DNA of 64,000 nt from Octopus sinensis (taxonomy: Eukaryota). Made by a program: the position numbers and the translations under genes. The DNA is taken from contig NC_043017.1 of NCBI RefSeq assembly GCF_006345805.1, positions 34,055,080 through 34,119,079 on the forward strand. Direction: 5' to 3'. The first letter of the stretch is position 1. Every line of letters begins with the position of its first letter. The notes under the pieces are model-generated. The model did no database searches. It was not told where the DNA came from and saw only the letters and a program-made list of their open reading frames with translations. This document shows, in pieces, positions 25,038-37,575 of this stretch.

Positions 25038-25254
25038 TTGACTATCGAGTAATGTAACATATTGTATAGATAAATTTCCTCTATTTACATAATATTGAGG
25101 TCTCTTTCTTTCTTTTGTTATCTTACCGTTTTACCAATATATATATATATTAACTTGTGTCTATGCGTGTATATAATGTGTGTGTCTGTGTGTATGATAG
25201 TTATAATTAACATATTCATGGGGGAAATGCATATACAGGTCACTTAGAAGGGAA

Positions 25255-25440
25255 TGACACGTCGAATATGATGAAGCGGACAACTAACCAGAGGTTACAG
25301 GCAATTGAGTTAGGGAAGAGAAGGGGAAAAAAGTGGATGTGTAAGGTACATAAGGGGCCAGGTGGATGCAATGCACGGTGGCATCTGTTTGAGGATCAAA
25401 GTAAAACTACGACCTCTTGGAACCCTTTCGCATAGCATGC
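25255..25440 (+). pseudogene. Possible degraded MULE/FLYWCH-type transposase zinc-finger fragment
   Basis: KKWMCKVHKGPGGCNARWHL resembles W.C...C.AR; followed by stops. Confidence 0.25.
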
Positions 25441-25924
25441 TCTGTATGTCAGGACATACCATTTCTTCTGAATTGCACATGGCTCTCGAGCCGAGTGCAG
25501 ACACCGTTCGGGAGCATCATTTTGGAACTAGGACGTGGAAACCCGTTTCAGTATATAGAAACGATGACACCATCATTTTTTCTGATACCATCTAAAAGGT
25601 GGTGGTGATGCTGCTGGTGGGCGGCACAATTCTCAAGGAATTGGAGGCTGCTGCAGAGAAACAAATCAAACCAGACAAAATGATACCTGCAATTTGATGG
25701 CAGGGTAAGTTAGTCGATCATTGTCTCGTCCCAATTACCCTCTGGTGAGATTGGGACGTCTTTTATTCAATTTTTGTGAAAAGTCCACCTTTTACTAGTC
25801 AGGCGGTACAACTCCTGCTAACAATCTCTGCGCAACGATCTGGTAAAGCTAAGCTCCTAATGTAAAGACATCTGTTAGAGTTTCGAAAGTTGGAAAGCTT
25901 ATCGTACGCTGAACATGTATAATT

Positions 25925-26110
25925 GTTTCTTTACTACCCACAAGGGGCTAAACATAGAGAGGGCAAACAAGGACAGACAAACGGATTAAGTCGATTACAT
26001 CGACCCCAGTGCGTAACTGGTACTTAATTTATCGACCCCGAAAGGATGAAAGACAAAGTCGACCTCGGCGGAATTTGAACTCAGAACATAACGGCAGACG
26101 AAATACGGCT
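25925..26110 (-). mobile_element. SINE family B, 5'-truncated
   Basis: Family consensus lacking the first 40 nt or so. Confidence 0.88.
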
Positions 26111-28135
26111 TCTCATAAGATACATTAATCCGCAGTTCATCTGCTTTTCGAAGCTGAAGTCCTAAGTGAAGCAGGCTCTGAGAGTGCATCAAAATATCGA
26201 TTGACCCTCAACGTCGTCTAACAGTTGTGCAACGGGGTTGGTGGATGTTACAGTCTTGCAATCTAAGAGGGTTAATTACCGGAAATGTTTTCATTATAAG
26301 CGGATGTAGCAGACATTAGCAAGCCTATAATTTCTGAGAGAAACCACGAGAACTCGTTATCAATGACCACGTGGTGTGCTACATCGTCGTGAATGTAAAA
26401 ACGGTTGCTTTTACGGAAACACCTGCATTTCGAGGTAAATACAAATATCCTCGACTCACATAATACTTCGGTGCATCAAACTGTGTGAACTGCTATGAAC
26501 AGATCAATGGAGGTCACCATATTACTGTCATTTTAAGTTGCGACTGGTGTGGGTAGGACAGATTTGTTTTAGACTGTGATACTCCTAGTAAAAATGCGTT
26601 CATTAGTACTAATGTACCTTTAGAATGGTATTTTGCAGGAATTTAAAGTTTGTCTTGCAGAAGCAGAGAGAAAGAAAGGAAGTATAAACGCCAGAAAATT
26701 TTCTTCTGTCCCTCCAATGGCCTGGCAGGTTTTACCTGCATTTCTCGAATGCTTCAATATTGATTTGACATAATTACAAACTTGCATGCAGATCGTATGA
26801 GGTTATGATGTCGGCTGTTGGTCATAGTTAGCTACACAGACAACAAAGTTATGACCTATTCAATCAGTTAAGAAGAGATCAATGCAGAGTGAGTAAACGG
26901 GTTAATGGAAGTTGAATGCCATCTTTTGATGCAGAGATATTTCGATGGACTCAAGAGCGAACTTTTTAAACGGAAATTGACGGGCGCCATTATCAACGTG
27001 GTTGGTCATAAGTAAGAGCAAAAATTGTAAGAGCGTCACCTAGATTTCGTAAATAGTTAACTAGTAGCAAATTACAGAGGAGGAATTAAGTGCTGAAAAG
27101 AAAACTATGGCAATGGACATTGACTCTATTTCCACTGGCTCAGAATATTTTCGCTTGCCATAAAAAAGACAAGCTCCGCTTACTTTATTCGGTCTAGTTT
27201 CTTTAGCTTCAGCACTTAGTGGGGGACTACTATTTATAAAAAAAGATTTACCAACTGGGAAGACAAGACGTTTCAGTCACAGTTGTTCCAGGACTAGAAC
27301 AAAATAAAGAAGAAAAAAAACATTATCTGTAAGTTTACCCCGGATATATCGGTTGCAGAATGGAAGACGAATATTAGTTATTAAGAAACACGAGACGTGT
27401 TAACTTCATTTCGCAACTATACCACCTGGTATGTTTCCTAGATATGTTGCACAGTTTTATGTTTTGCTTTTTTTTAGGGGGTAAGTGTCATAAGTTTCCA
27501 TAGAGCACAGCTCGCACCCGGATCAACTATCTCTATAAGGATACGCTTTCCTTATAATATCCCGTTTAAGGCTAAATTCGATTCGGCATTCCTTCAGTTC
27601 CCAAATCTTGTTAGATAAGGACGTACAATTGGTATTATGTTTGAGCCGAAAAGATGAAAAATGGTTATTAATTTTTTTTCATATTTATTGAACATCCTAT
27701 ATATACAAAGTTACCAGCTACACCTGTGATTGTAAACTTATAGATTACGTTTTGGATTAGACATCTACAATTGCAACTCTACAATTGCAACTAGGAGAAT
27801 TACTGCTATTAATATTATTTATATTCATACCATTATTATTATTAATATTACTATTAATATTAATCCTACTACAACTATTCTATGTGTTATTTTCATGTAA
27901 GGGCGCATGTAAGGGTGGAATCTACCTGTTCTCTCAACGCCTCTCAAAATCGTGGCTTGATTATTAGGTATGTCTCTATTACCAGTATTTTTCTTATCCT
28001 TATAGTGAGGAGCAGTCTGTCCATTCCCTTCTATACCCTTGCTCAATTAAATAGAGCCGCTTGAAACGGTCGTACTGCATCACTTCTTGATATCGTGTTG
28101 CTTATTTTGATATATATATATACATATATACACAC

Positions 28136-28288
28136 ACGACGAGCTTCTTTCAGTTTTTGTCTACCAAATCCACTCAGAAGGCTCTGGTCTGCCAAAGGCT
28201 TAAGCAGAAGACACATGCCCAATGTCCCACACTGGTACTGAACTATACGGTTGGAACCAAGCTTCTTACCACACAGCCAAGCCGGCAC
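28136..28288 (-). mobile_element. SINE family A, 5' part
   Basis: CTTCTTTCAGTTTTTGTCTACCAAATCCACTC...CTTACCACACAGCC. Confidence 0.75.
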
Positions 28289-28399
28289 CTTTTATTTTCA
28301 CTTTACTGTCTTCTGTATTAATGAATAATGTTCTTAACATTTTCTACTTAGAATTTTTAAGTCCATTTTACTGACTTTAACAGTTGCACGATGGAATAT

Positions 28400-28742
28400 G
28401 TTAGTTAGTTAGTTAGTTAGTTAGTTAATTTTTTGGGCTCAAAAAGCAAAAAAGCAAGGCCATGTAGGGGGACATGGAGTTATGTACAGGGTGGTGTTCA
28501 TGTAAAGAGTTCAGGCCACTTGAGGTCAAGGGAGACTTTGAACCGAGCGGTCGTCGGCATCATCACTATCTCGTCCGGCAGCTTATTCCACGGATCCGCA
28601 ACCCGGACGGAGAAAGCCCCTCTCCTTCGATTGAGATGAAATCGTCGCAGATAGAGCTTTTCGGAATGACCCCGCAGCAAACGCTCTGGAACAGGAGTGA
28701 AGAACAGTTCTTTCGAGAGGTTACACTTTCCGCTTATGATGT
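28400..28742 (-). mobile_element. CR1-type LINE, 5'-truncated 3' end
   Basis: RGHSEKLYLRRFHLNRRRGAFSVRVADPWNKLP...FKVSLD (CR1 RT C-terminus) plus (CTAA)n tail. Confidence 0.9.
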
Positions 28743-28967
28743 TGAATATGATATATGTTGGCTAATCTAGGGCAGTAAAGTGATACAAAATGTCTAGTAG
28801 TGTTGACAGACGGTCATCTACGTCCAAATTACAGCAAGGAGTACAGAAAAGGACAACTACAGAAATAATGGGTTTCTTATGCCAAATCTGTGACCCTATA
28901 ACAAATATGAAATCAAATTGCTGCATATTTTATGGCTTTGGATTTCTGAGAGATCATTATTTTAATG

Positions 28968-29223
28968 TTGTGTCTGGGGAGAGTTATTTTCTTTTTGTGA
29001 CCTATTATTTAACACACTCACCGGTAAAATGTCCAATTTTTTCTTATTTTTATTGTCCTAAAATTTTCGTTGTATCTTGCAACCTTTTCAATAGTTTTGA
29101 ATTACCGGTAAGTGTGTTACATTATAAGGCACAAAAAGAAAATGACTCTCCCCAGACACAACAGAATATGCTTCAACACACGAACTCATATAAAGAATCT
29201 TGGAAACTAAATCCAAAAATGAA
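28968..29223. mobile_element. PLE-like element with head-to-head inverted duplication and 12-bp target-site duplication
   Basis: Arms about 28968-29029 and 29100-29161; ATTATTTTAATG at 28956-28967 and 29224-29235. Confidence 0.85.
29058..29094 (-). ncRNA. Minimal hammerhead with compensatory U3:A8 core (UUGAAAA)
   Basis: Reverse complement: CTA-TTGAAAA-G-GTTGC aagat ACAAC-GAA-AATT-T-TAG. Confidence 0.6.
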
Positions 29224-29469
29224 ATTATTTTAATGATTAAATATTTCAAAATTTCTTGTAAACAGACCTATTCCTTGCACTATAAAAATTCTCTGCGTTA
29301 TGCAATATAATGTAGATGGCGTTAGTGGTGTGTTGTGACTACTGCTGCTGCTACTAATTCTGATATTAATAGTAGCTTGTGAAAGTGGTTGCAGTGGAGT
29401 TGACATTATAATGATGATTACGACAATAAACGGGATGCTAGCGATAGTGATGGTGATGAAGGTGATTAT

Positions 29470-29700
29470 GACGAGGAGGAGGAGGAGGAGGGAGGGGGAG
29501 GAGGGGAGGGGGAGGAGGGGAGGTGAAGGAGGAGTAGGAGGATGGTGACGACGACGACGACGACAACGGTGGATGACGACGATGATGGTGTCGGGAGCGA
29601 TGACAACGATGGCAATGATAATGGCGATGATGGCGATGATGGCGATGATGGCGATGATGGCGATGATGTACATGATGGGGGAGGAGCAGGGGGAGGAAGG
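29470..29700. repeat. GGA/GAC/GAT trinucleotide low-complexity tract
   Basis: Direct reading; explains the poly-D/H/S ORFs. Confidence 0.9.
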
Positions 29701-30169
29701 AAAAAGCGGAGCAACAGGACAAAGTGTCTTATCTTTGCAAGACACAAAGGAAAACAACGGAATAGAAATAGCTGAAATCGATAAACACTGCTTCCACTTT
29801 GATTAATTCATTGATTAAGCCATTAAATTTACTTTAAGAGAGAGTAGCAACAATTTTTTAAACCAACACGCTCAAATCTTATATTATTGAACGTTTATAA
29901 ATATTGCTCCACGTATAATTATTTTTTAAATGCTTTTATAGTCGACTGTTGCAGTGTTTTTAACGCCATTCGTACCAAGTCTTCGAGTATTTCATTCTAA
30001 CGCCATATTGCTCCATGTGGCTTTCGTATTATGCTTTGTTTGGAAAGTTTTCTGTTAGTTGTTGCGGTCATTATACTCTTCCGTCGCTATTTCCTTTCAT
30101 GGCTTTATGAGTATTTAATACTCCTGCCTTTTGTTTAATTTTCATTTTGCGTTTTAATGTGTGTATTGT

Positions 30170-30512
30170 CCCTTTACACACACACACAAAAAAAACATAT
30201 ATATATATATATATATATATGCATACAAAAACACATATTAGATACGAACATACGCAAACACACACACACACACACACACAAACATATATATATATATATG
30301 CACACAAAAACATATATTAGATACGAACACACACACACACACACACACACAAACATATATATATATGCATACAAAAACATGTATTAGGTACGAACATACG
30401 CAAACACACACACACACACACACACAAGCACACATATATATATATATGCATACAAAAACACATATTAGATACAAACATACCCAAACACACACATACACAC
30501 ACATACACACGT
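30170..30512. repeat. Minisatellite, about 4 units of 75-90 bp built on CATACAAAAACACATATTAGATACGAAC plus (CA)n(TA)n
   Basis: Direct reading. Confidence 0.85.
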
Positions 30513-30860
30513 ATACTTATGACCGTATATGTACATAAATTAGTGATGTGTAATTAATTTATTACTTGAACAAAATAGCAGAAAATGTGTTATCTATGTA
30601 AATCGAATTCTTTTATTTAACGAAAGACTTCAATCAACCGATCTTGTGAACAGCCGCAAAGACATGAAACGGGTCGTTTGTGTCCAAATGACTTTCGATA
30701 AAATACAATTTGTTTACAATGCCTATGAGTAACATTCAGTTTCTCGCCATGTCGACTCATATTTAAATTTGTATATATTCACGTGACATATATCTGTATC
30801 TATGTATATACATACACAAACAAACACACGCACGCACACACATACACGCACACACACATA

Positions 30861-30902
<42 letters not shown>

Positions 30903-30924
30903 AATATATGTATACATTCAAAAT

Positions 30925-31131
30925 GTGACCACGTGTGTAACGTTGGCGATTTTTTTCCTCCGTCTTCCCTTCTCTGGATCTTTCCTTTTCCTACGTTCCT
31001 GACGAAGAGCTCCGCTCGAAACGTTAAACCCTCCTTCTTTCCTTCCTTCCTGAGCGTCCAATAATAATATACTTGTTCCACGTCCTCGCGTTGTTGCGTT
31101 TTCTCTTTGTGTTTTCACGTTTGGATTAACT
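30925..31131 (+). mobile_element. PLE-like short element (copy of 23264-23456)
   Basis: Colinear; followed by (TA)n(GA)n. Confidence 0.75.
30995..31029 (+). ncRNA. Minimal hammerhead, canonical core with an extra A
   Basis: GTTC-CTGACGA-A-GAGC tcc GCTC-GAAA-CG-TT-AAAC. Confidence 0.65.
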
Positions 31132-31160
31132 ATATATATATATAATATATATATATATAT

Positions 31161-31205
<45 letters not shown>

Positions 31206-31559
31206 GTGAGAGGGCAAAATGGTGGAGAGAGAGCAAGAGGCAGGAGAGAGACAGACAGACAGACACAGAATACATTAATATATTAGCAGACTTAATTCAG
31301 AGCACTTAAACATGCATGACAAAGGACGATTGGAATTGGCTTAGAATCATTCGGTTGCTGCTCCTTTCTGTACGCTTTAGGAATATTTAATAATCCGCTT
31401 TTACGAATATATTTGATCCTTCTTCAAAGTGGGTAAAACTTTATTTTTTTGGTAAATCTGTATAATAGTAATCCAAGTTACCTTTTATAATTGTAAGTTA
31501 TCCAGCATATTTCAGTAATAGTCTTTATGAATAGTTAATAATAAAGACCATTTAATTAA

Positions 31560-31985
31560 CAATTAAGTTAAGTTAAGTTAATTTTTTGGCTCAATAAGCA
31601 TAAAGCAAGGTCATGTAGGGGGACATGGAGTTATGTACAGGGAGGGTGTTCATGCAAAGAGTTCAGGCCATTTCTGATCAAGAGAGTCTTTGAACCGAGC
31701 GGTCGTCGGCATCTTCACTATCTCGTCCGGCAGCTTATTCTACGGATCCGCAACCCGGACGGAGAAAGCCCCTCTCCTTCGATTGAGATGAAATCGTCGC
31801 AGATAGAGCTTTTCGGAGTGACCCCGCAGCCGACGCTCTGGAGCAGGAGTGAAGAACAGCTCTTTCGAGAGGTTACACTTTCTGCTTATGATGTTGTGAG
31901 CGAGAATGAGATCAGCACGGCGTCGTCGTTTTTCTAGAGAATAAAGGTCGAGCGTCTTCAGCCTTTCTTCATAAGACAAATGCTT
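31560..31985 (-). mobile_element. CR1-type LINE, 5'-truncated 3' end
   Basis: LSYEERLKTLDLYSLEKRRRRADLI...RGHSEKL; (TAACT)n tail. Confidence 0.92.
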
Positions 31986-32839
31986 GATAACATGCAGATC
32001 AGATAGATTTTTGTGTATAATCACGTGTTCATACATTGCAATAATGAGCACGAGTTCGCCAACTTCGAAACTGCATTAATACTGCATTCTAGTTGCTAGT
32101 AAAGTTGTCACTAATAAATTAGACACTAATTTAATAATGGCTTTAAATCTAGGCACAAGCCCAGCAATTTTCAGGAAAGGGTCAAGTCAATTACATTGAC
32201 TACGGTAACCTCAACTAAGGTGTGAACTGACTTGTATAATCAGGATTTGGCTGATATAAATTTAGGTGGTTTTAATATCTTGGAACCTATAATTTTAGAG
32301 AGTTAGATGGTGCGTTCACAAAGCCAGTTATGGTATCCATGATTCGGTGACAGGCTTTGATAAACTTTTAATATCATTTCTTGAGATATGGTGATTTTTA
32401 CTCAACTATTTGATACATATACACTCCCAGTCACTGAACAAAAATATTTTCAAAGTGAACTGCCGTGACATTTCTATGATGTGCAACTTTCACATCGGTG
32501 AATTTATTCTTCTCATCTAGAAATATTGGTTTATACGTGCCATACTCTTAACACATCAACATATGTCATTAGCGATGACCATTAAAGTTGATATGACTTC
32601 TAAAATTACCTCCCTTTAGATTTTTCTACTTGTTGAATCATTCATTCATAAACTCTACATACATGGACAAAAGTATTTTTCTTAAGAAAATCCATGTTTA
32701 AATAGATTTTAATGTCATGATTAGCGAAAGCGAAACTGGTCGACAAACACAATATAGAATATATTAAAAATTATATTTAAAATTATATTAAAACTATATA
32801 GTGTGTAGATTTTCCATCTTTAATTTCTTACACACACAC

Positions 32840-32888
<49 letters not shown>

Positions 32889-34150
32889 CATACACAGAGT
32901 GAAATAAGAATACAAGTGTTTCGACAAATAGAACGATGAATGAACTGCGTTTCTTCCCGAGAATAATGTTTAAATAATTGCTTGATTTTCTGTGTAAAAT
33001 TGATAGAAATGTTTGTCATTTAAATGTAATTTAAAATACAATCCTCTGGTAAGCTTAAACTGATGTTTGCAACATCATTGTTTGTAAGAGAAATATGTTT
33101 ACGTGAATTTAGTTACTACTTAACTTTTGGACAAAATCACAAATTTGGAGGAATTATGTTGTAGACTGAAGAGATCAAAGTACATGATCCCATATGCCAG
33201 TGTACTTTTTTGATAGAGGAGAGAACAATTATAAAGAAAACCTGTGTGGTTTGAAATCTGATTGTAAGTACTAATGTAAAAGCAAATAATTTCCATTGTT
33301 TAACCATAAATTGGATTGCGTATGTTACTCATGGAAATGAAGAGCTGATTAAATAGACTAAAAATAGTGGAAACAATCCTAATTCTGTAACTTTAAATGC
33401 TTCTCATCAAAGCAATAGAAAACTGAAATTAAATATAAAGCATCTGAATTAAAGGAGACGTCATTTTCGACAACAAAGACATACTATTTCATCGTGGAAC
33501 GGGGTGAGACATTAGTCTCAAAGTAAATAAAACGATAAATGCTAAAGCATTTATAAATATGGTGGTCACGTCAGTTTTAAAAGAGCGTTATCCTACATGC
33601 AGACATGAAGCTATGGATATCTCATTAACTATGCGTCGATTGTATTCAGAAGAATGTGTATTATTTTGGGGAATCTTATTTTTATGCTAGAATAGAATAT
33701 TTTGTTATTGTAGTTGTACTTGTTTGATGCTAGTGTTAACAAACCAAAATTGATGAAATTAATAAAAAATTATAATCCTTATTGAATTAATACGTTGTAT
33801 CTTTAACTTAAGATTGCCAATTATTTTTTAAAATATCTTAATCACAGATTCCTAAGATACGTACTTAAATCAAAATCTTTTTAACCTGTATATGATACAT
33901 TTACCTGTAAATAAAACCTTATGTCCATATTTACCATTTATTTCATATTTTAATATTAATATGATATCTACTAAGAATTACCTAATCTTTATAGTTATAA
34001 TTGTTAGTATACTAACCCTAAGATACCGCCTAAATTTATAGTCCTGGAACTTCTACATTGTATTTAATGGTAGTCTTTGAAAAATCAAAAGGTAGATGAA
34101 TTTGGCCGGCGTGCTGACGATTCTGCCAGCATTAATCACTTGTAATATAT

Positions 34151-34747
34151 TTCTTTACTACCCACAAGGGGCTAAACACAGAAGGCACAAACAAGAACAG
34201 ACAAACGGAGTAAGTCGATTACATCGACCCCAGTGCGTAACTGGTACTTATTTAATCGACCCCGAGAAGATGAGAGGCAAGGTCGACCTCGGCGGAATTT
34301 GAGCTCAGAACGTAACGGCAGATGAAATGCCTATTTCTTTACTACCCACAAGGAGCTAAACACAGAAGGGACAAACAAAAACAGACAAACGGAGTAAGTC
34401 GATTACATCGACCCCAGTGCGTAACTGGTACTTATTTAATCGACCCCGAGAAGATGAAAGGCAAGGTCGACCTCGGCGGAATTTGAACTCAGAACGTAAC
34501 GGCAGATGAAATACCTATTTCTTTACTACCCACAAGGGGCTAAACACAGAGGGGACAAACAAGGACAGACAAACAGATTAAGTCGATTACATCGACCCCA
34601 GTGCGTATCTGGTACTTAATTTATCGATTCCGAAAAGATGAAAGGCAAAGTCGACATGGGCGGAATTTGAACTCAGAACGTAACGGCAGGCGAAATACGG
34701 CTACGCATTTCCCCCCCAGTGTGCTAACGATTCTGCCAGCTGGCCGC
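34151..34747 (-). mobile_element. SINE family B tandem trimer (184-bp period) with 20-bp TSD
   Basis: Units start at about 34148, 34332 and 34516; ATTAATCA(C/T)TTGTAATATAT at 34131-34150 and 34748-34767. Confidence 0.9.
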
Positions 34748-35433
34748 ATTAATCATTTGTAATATATTAACTTATTTCAACCACTTTTTTTTTTTTGGCT
34801 CTGGTATTAAGAGATTCAATTTTTGTTTATATATGAAATTATTTAATTAAACCGGACACTTTCAATCTTGATGCTAGAAACCATAAAAGATTTCAACCAA
34901 AGCGCAATTCTTTTTATCGATTCAATAATTCACTCAATATGTCTTTCGCCATGTATTATGAAATTAATCTGAAGACACGTATTACTTCAATTCAAAATGA
35001 TAAAACTAACAGAAATAGCGACTAAATCTTATCTATATATAATTATGATACAAATGAACAAACAAAAGTCTAAGTTGAATTATGTCCCAGCAGCCAGGTT
35101 ATTTGCAATGCATACACAATTAAATTAACTCATGAAATAGTTTTAATATATTCATTGTCACTGATATAAATTTACATCATGTATTTAGCACACAAGGCTA
35201 ATTTCATATGAAATAAATTTTTATCTAATTTAAAATTAATTTCACCATAATGCATATTTCTAAAATGAATCTCATTTTTTTTTTAGCTGATGAGAAATAT
35301 GAAATTGTCTCTTTACACAAAAATTAACGTTTATTTTTAAAGAAAATAATGAGTTTCGTTTACTTTGCGTGAAAAGAGCTCGGCTTTAATGACACTGCTT
35401 TCTCTCAGTTTGATTCACAGTATTTAGAAATTG

Positions 35434-35468
<35 letters not shown>

Positions 35469-35854
35469 GTATGAGCTTGTGTGTGAGCCTATGTGTAAGT
35501 AAATATACGTATGTAGACAGGTGGTTGCGTATGTAAGTGTGCATGTAACGCTGTGCTGTATTTCGACGAATATTTACATTTCCTAATGGGATTTATATGC
35601 AACACACAGAATTATGCTTGAACAAATGTAACCTGGATCCGAGATTATTGCCTTACGGTGAACCAGAGATGATCGATTGAAGAGAAGTATAAAGACTAAA
35701 AGAAGTACAAAAGTGTGCGATGTGCACGCGAAACTAAATTTTCTTTACATTTCATTCTTTCATGAAACTTTATCACACACACACACATACACACACACAC
35801 ACAGTCAGGCAGACAGGCAGGTAGACAGATATATATAGTTTGATCGATCGCTAG

Positions 35855-35857
35855 ATT

Positions 35858-35901
<44 letters not shown>
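35855..35901. repeat. (ATAG)n microsatellite
   Basis: Direct reading. Confidence 0.95.
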
Positions 35902-35944
35902 TGTAATAGGCAGTATAAGCTTGGAGCATAATCGTTATTAAAAT

Positions 35945-36365
35945 ACTCTTTACTCTTTACTCTTTTACTCTTTTACTTGTTTCAGTAATTTGACTGCGGC
36001 CATGCTGGAGCACCGCCTTTAGTCGAGCAAATCGACCCCGGGACTTATTCTTTGTAAGCCCAGTACTTATTCTATCGGTCTCTTTTGCCGAACCGCTAAG
36101 TGACGGGGATGTAAACACACCAGCATCGGTTGTCAAGCAATGCTAGGGGGACAAACACAGACACACAAACACACACACATACACATATATATATACATAT
36201 ATACGACAGGCTTCTTTCAGTTTCCGTCTACCAAATCTACTCACAAGGCATTGGTCAGCCCGGGGCTATAGCAGAAGACACTTGCCCAAGATGCCACGCT
36301 GTGGGACTGAACCCGGAACCATGTGGTTGGTAAGCAAGCTACTTACCACACAGCCACTCCTGTGC
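35945..36365 (-). mobile_element. SINE family A
   Basis: Family consensus, full length. Confidence 0.9.
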
Positions 36366-37180
36366 CTAATTACATATTTGAAAATATGATTTTTAAATGA
36401 ATAGTTAAGGCAATGCTCCTGTTTGGCCGCAAGCAAGTGACTGAAACAAGTAAAAGAGTAAAAGAGTCTGCTTAAATCAGAGACTGCTCCATCACAAAAT
36501 TCATGATCCAGTCTTATTTTTCAATTGCCTGATATGCCCGTGCGGCATACTATAAAGTTCATTTTGATGATGCTTCTTAGAAAATGATGCAAATTGAAAG
36601 ACTATTCATGTCAATATTATCAGTTGGTTGGAGAATCTGATGCTGTGAATAACTAAAGAAACTACACGTCCTGTCTGAAAACTGATGTCATATTCGGATT
36701 CAGCATCCTAAAATTACCCTAAATCAGCTGAAAAAGTTTAAATAGCAAGACAAAAGAATTTTTTGTTGTCTGCTGTAATCATTTCATCCCTCAGCCAGCT
36801 CTATGACAAATGTTTTAGGCGTTTCTTTTTAGTTTTTAAATGTTAAAAGATATAGATTATTCATTATAAACCCGGGTGTGATGAGAACTGCTTACACACA
36901 TGTGCAGATGAATTCATATTACTTTGATAAACAATGATAAACAATAAGGAGAACAGAATTTAGACATAGAATAATCTAAAAAAATTATATTAAATTTTAA
37001 CTGGAAGGAAAGCGTGATCTTAATTAAATGTACACCTGTGTGTGCATTTCTAAGCAATTCTATATGCGTATATGCGTATGTATGTATGTATGTATAATAC
37101 TCCTGAGCCACATCCATTTATAGTTTGTCCTAGGAGCTATTACAAGTCGAACATTCAGAACCGTAGTTCAGATGGTATGT

Positions 37181-37392
37181 TTACTCTTTTACTTGTTTCA
37201 GTCATTTGACTGCGGCCATGCTGGAGCACCGCCTTTAGTCGAGCTAATCGACCCCGGGACTTATTCTTTGTAAGCCCAGTACTTGTTCTATCGGTCTCTT
37301 TTGCCGAACCGCTAAGTGACGGGGACGTAAACACACCAGCATCGGTTGTCAAGCAATGCTAGGGGGACAAACACAGACACACAAACACACAC

Positions 37393-37445
<53 letters not shown>

Positions 37446-37575
37446 TACGACAGGCTTCTTTCTGTTTCCGTCTACCAAATCCACTCACAAGGCATTGGTC
37501 GGCCCGGGGTTATAGCAGAAGATACTTGCCCAAGATGCCACGCAGTGGGACTGAACCCGGAACCATGTGGTTGGT
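37181..37575 (-). mobile_element. SINE family A, slightly 5'-truncated
   Basis: Family consensus. Confidence 0.9.

Larger units (their letters stand above)
24193..25068. repeat. Near-perfect palindrome: arms about 427 bp, 19-nt loop (24620-24638)
   Basis: Arms match base by base with a handful of substitutions and indels; left end in (TA)n. Confidence 0.95.

Noticed and set aside
24193-25068. Possibility that the long palindromes are long-read fold-back artefacts
   Set aside because: Not excluded (the (TA)n tracts show indel noise typical of long reads), but disfavoured: the arms differ by substitutions, loops are unique sequence, and one inverted element has a TSD.
33125-33270. Protein-like stretch ending at GTAAGT (LKRSKYMIPYASVLF/DRGENNYKENLCGLKSD)
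   Set aside because: Needs a frameshift in a T6 run and has a weak acceptor; cannot be supported without reads.
34151-34747. Regularly spaced repeats superficially like a CRISPR array
   Set aside because: The units are whole 184-bp SINE bodies with no unique spacers, in a eukaryotic context with no cas genes.
35280-35315. CTGATGA-GAAATAT-GAAA-TTG-TC
   Set aside because: No pairable stem II or stem I; chance match.
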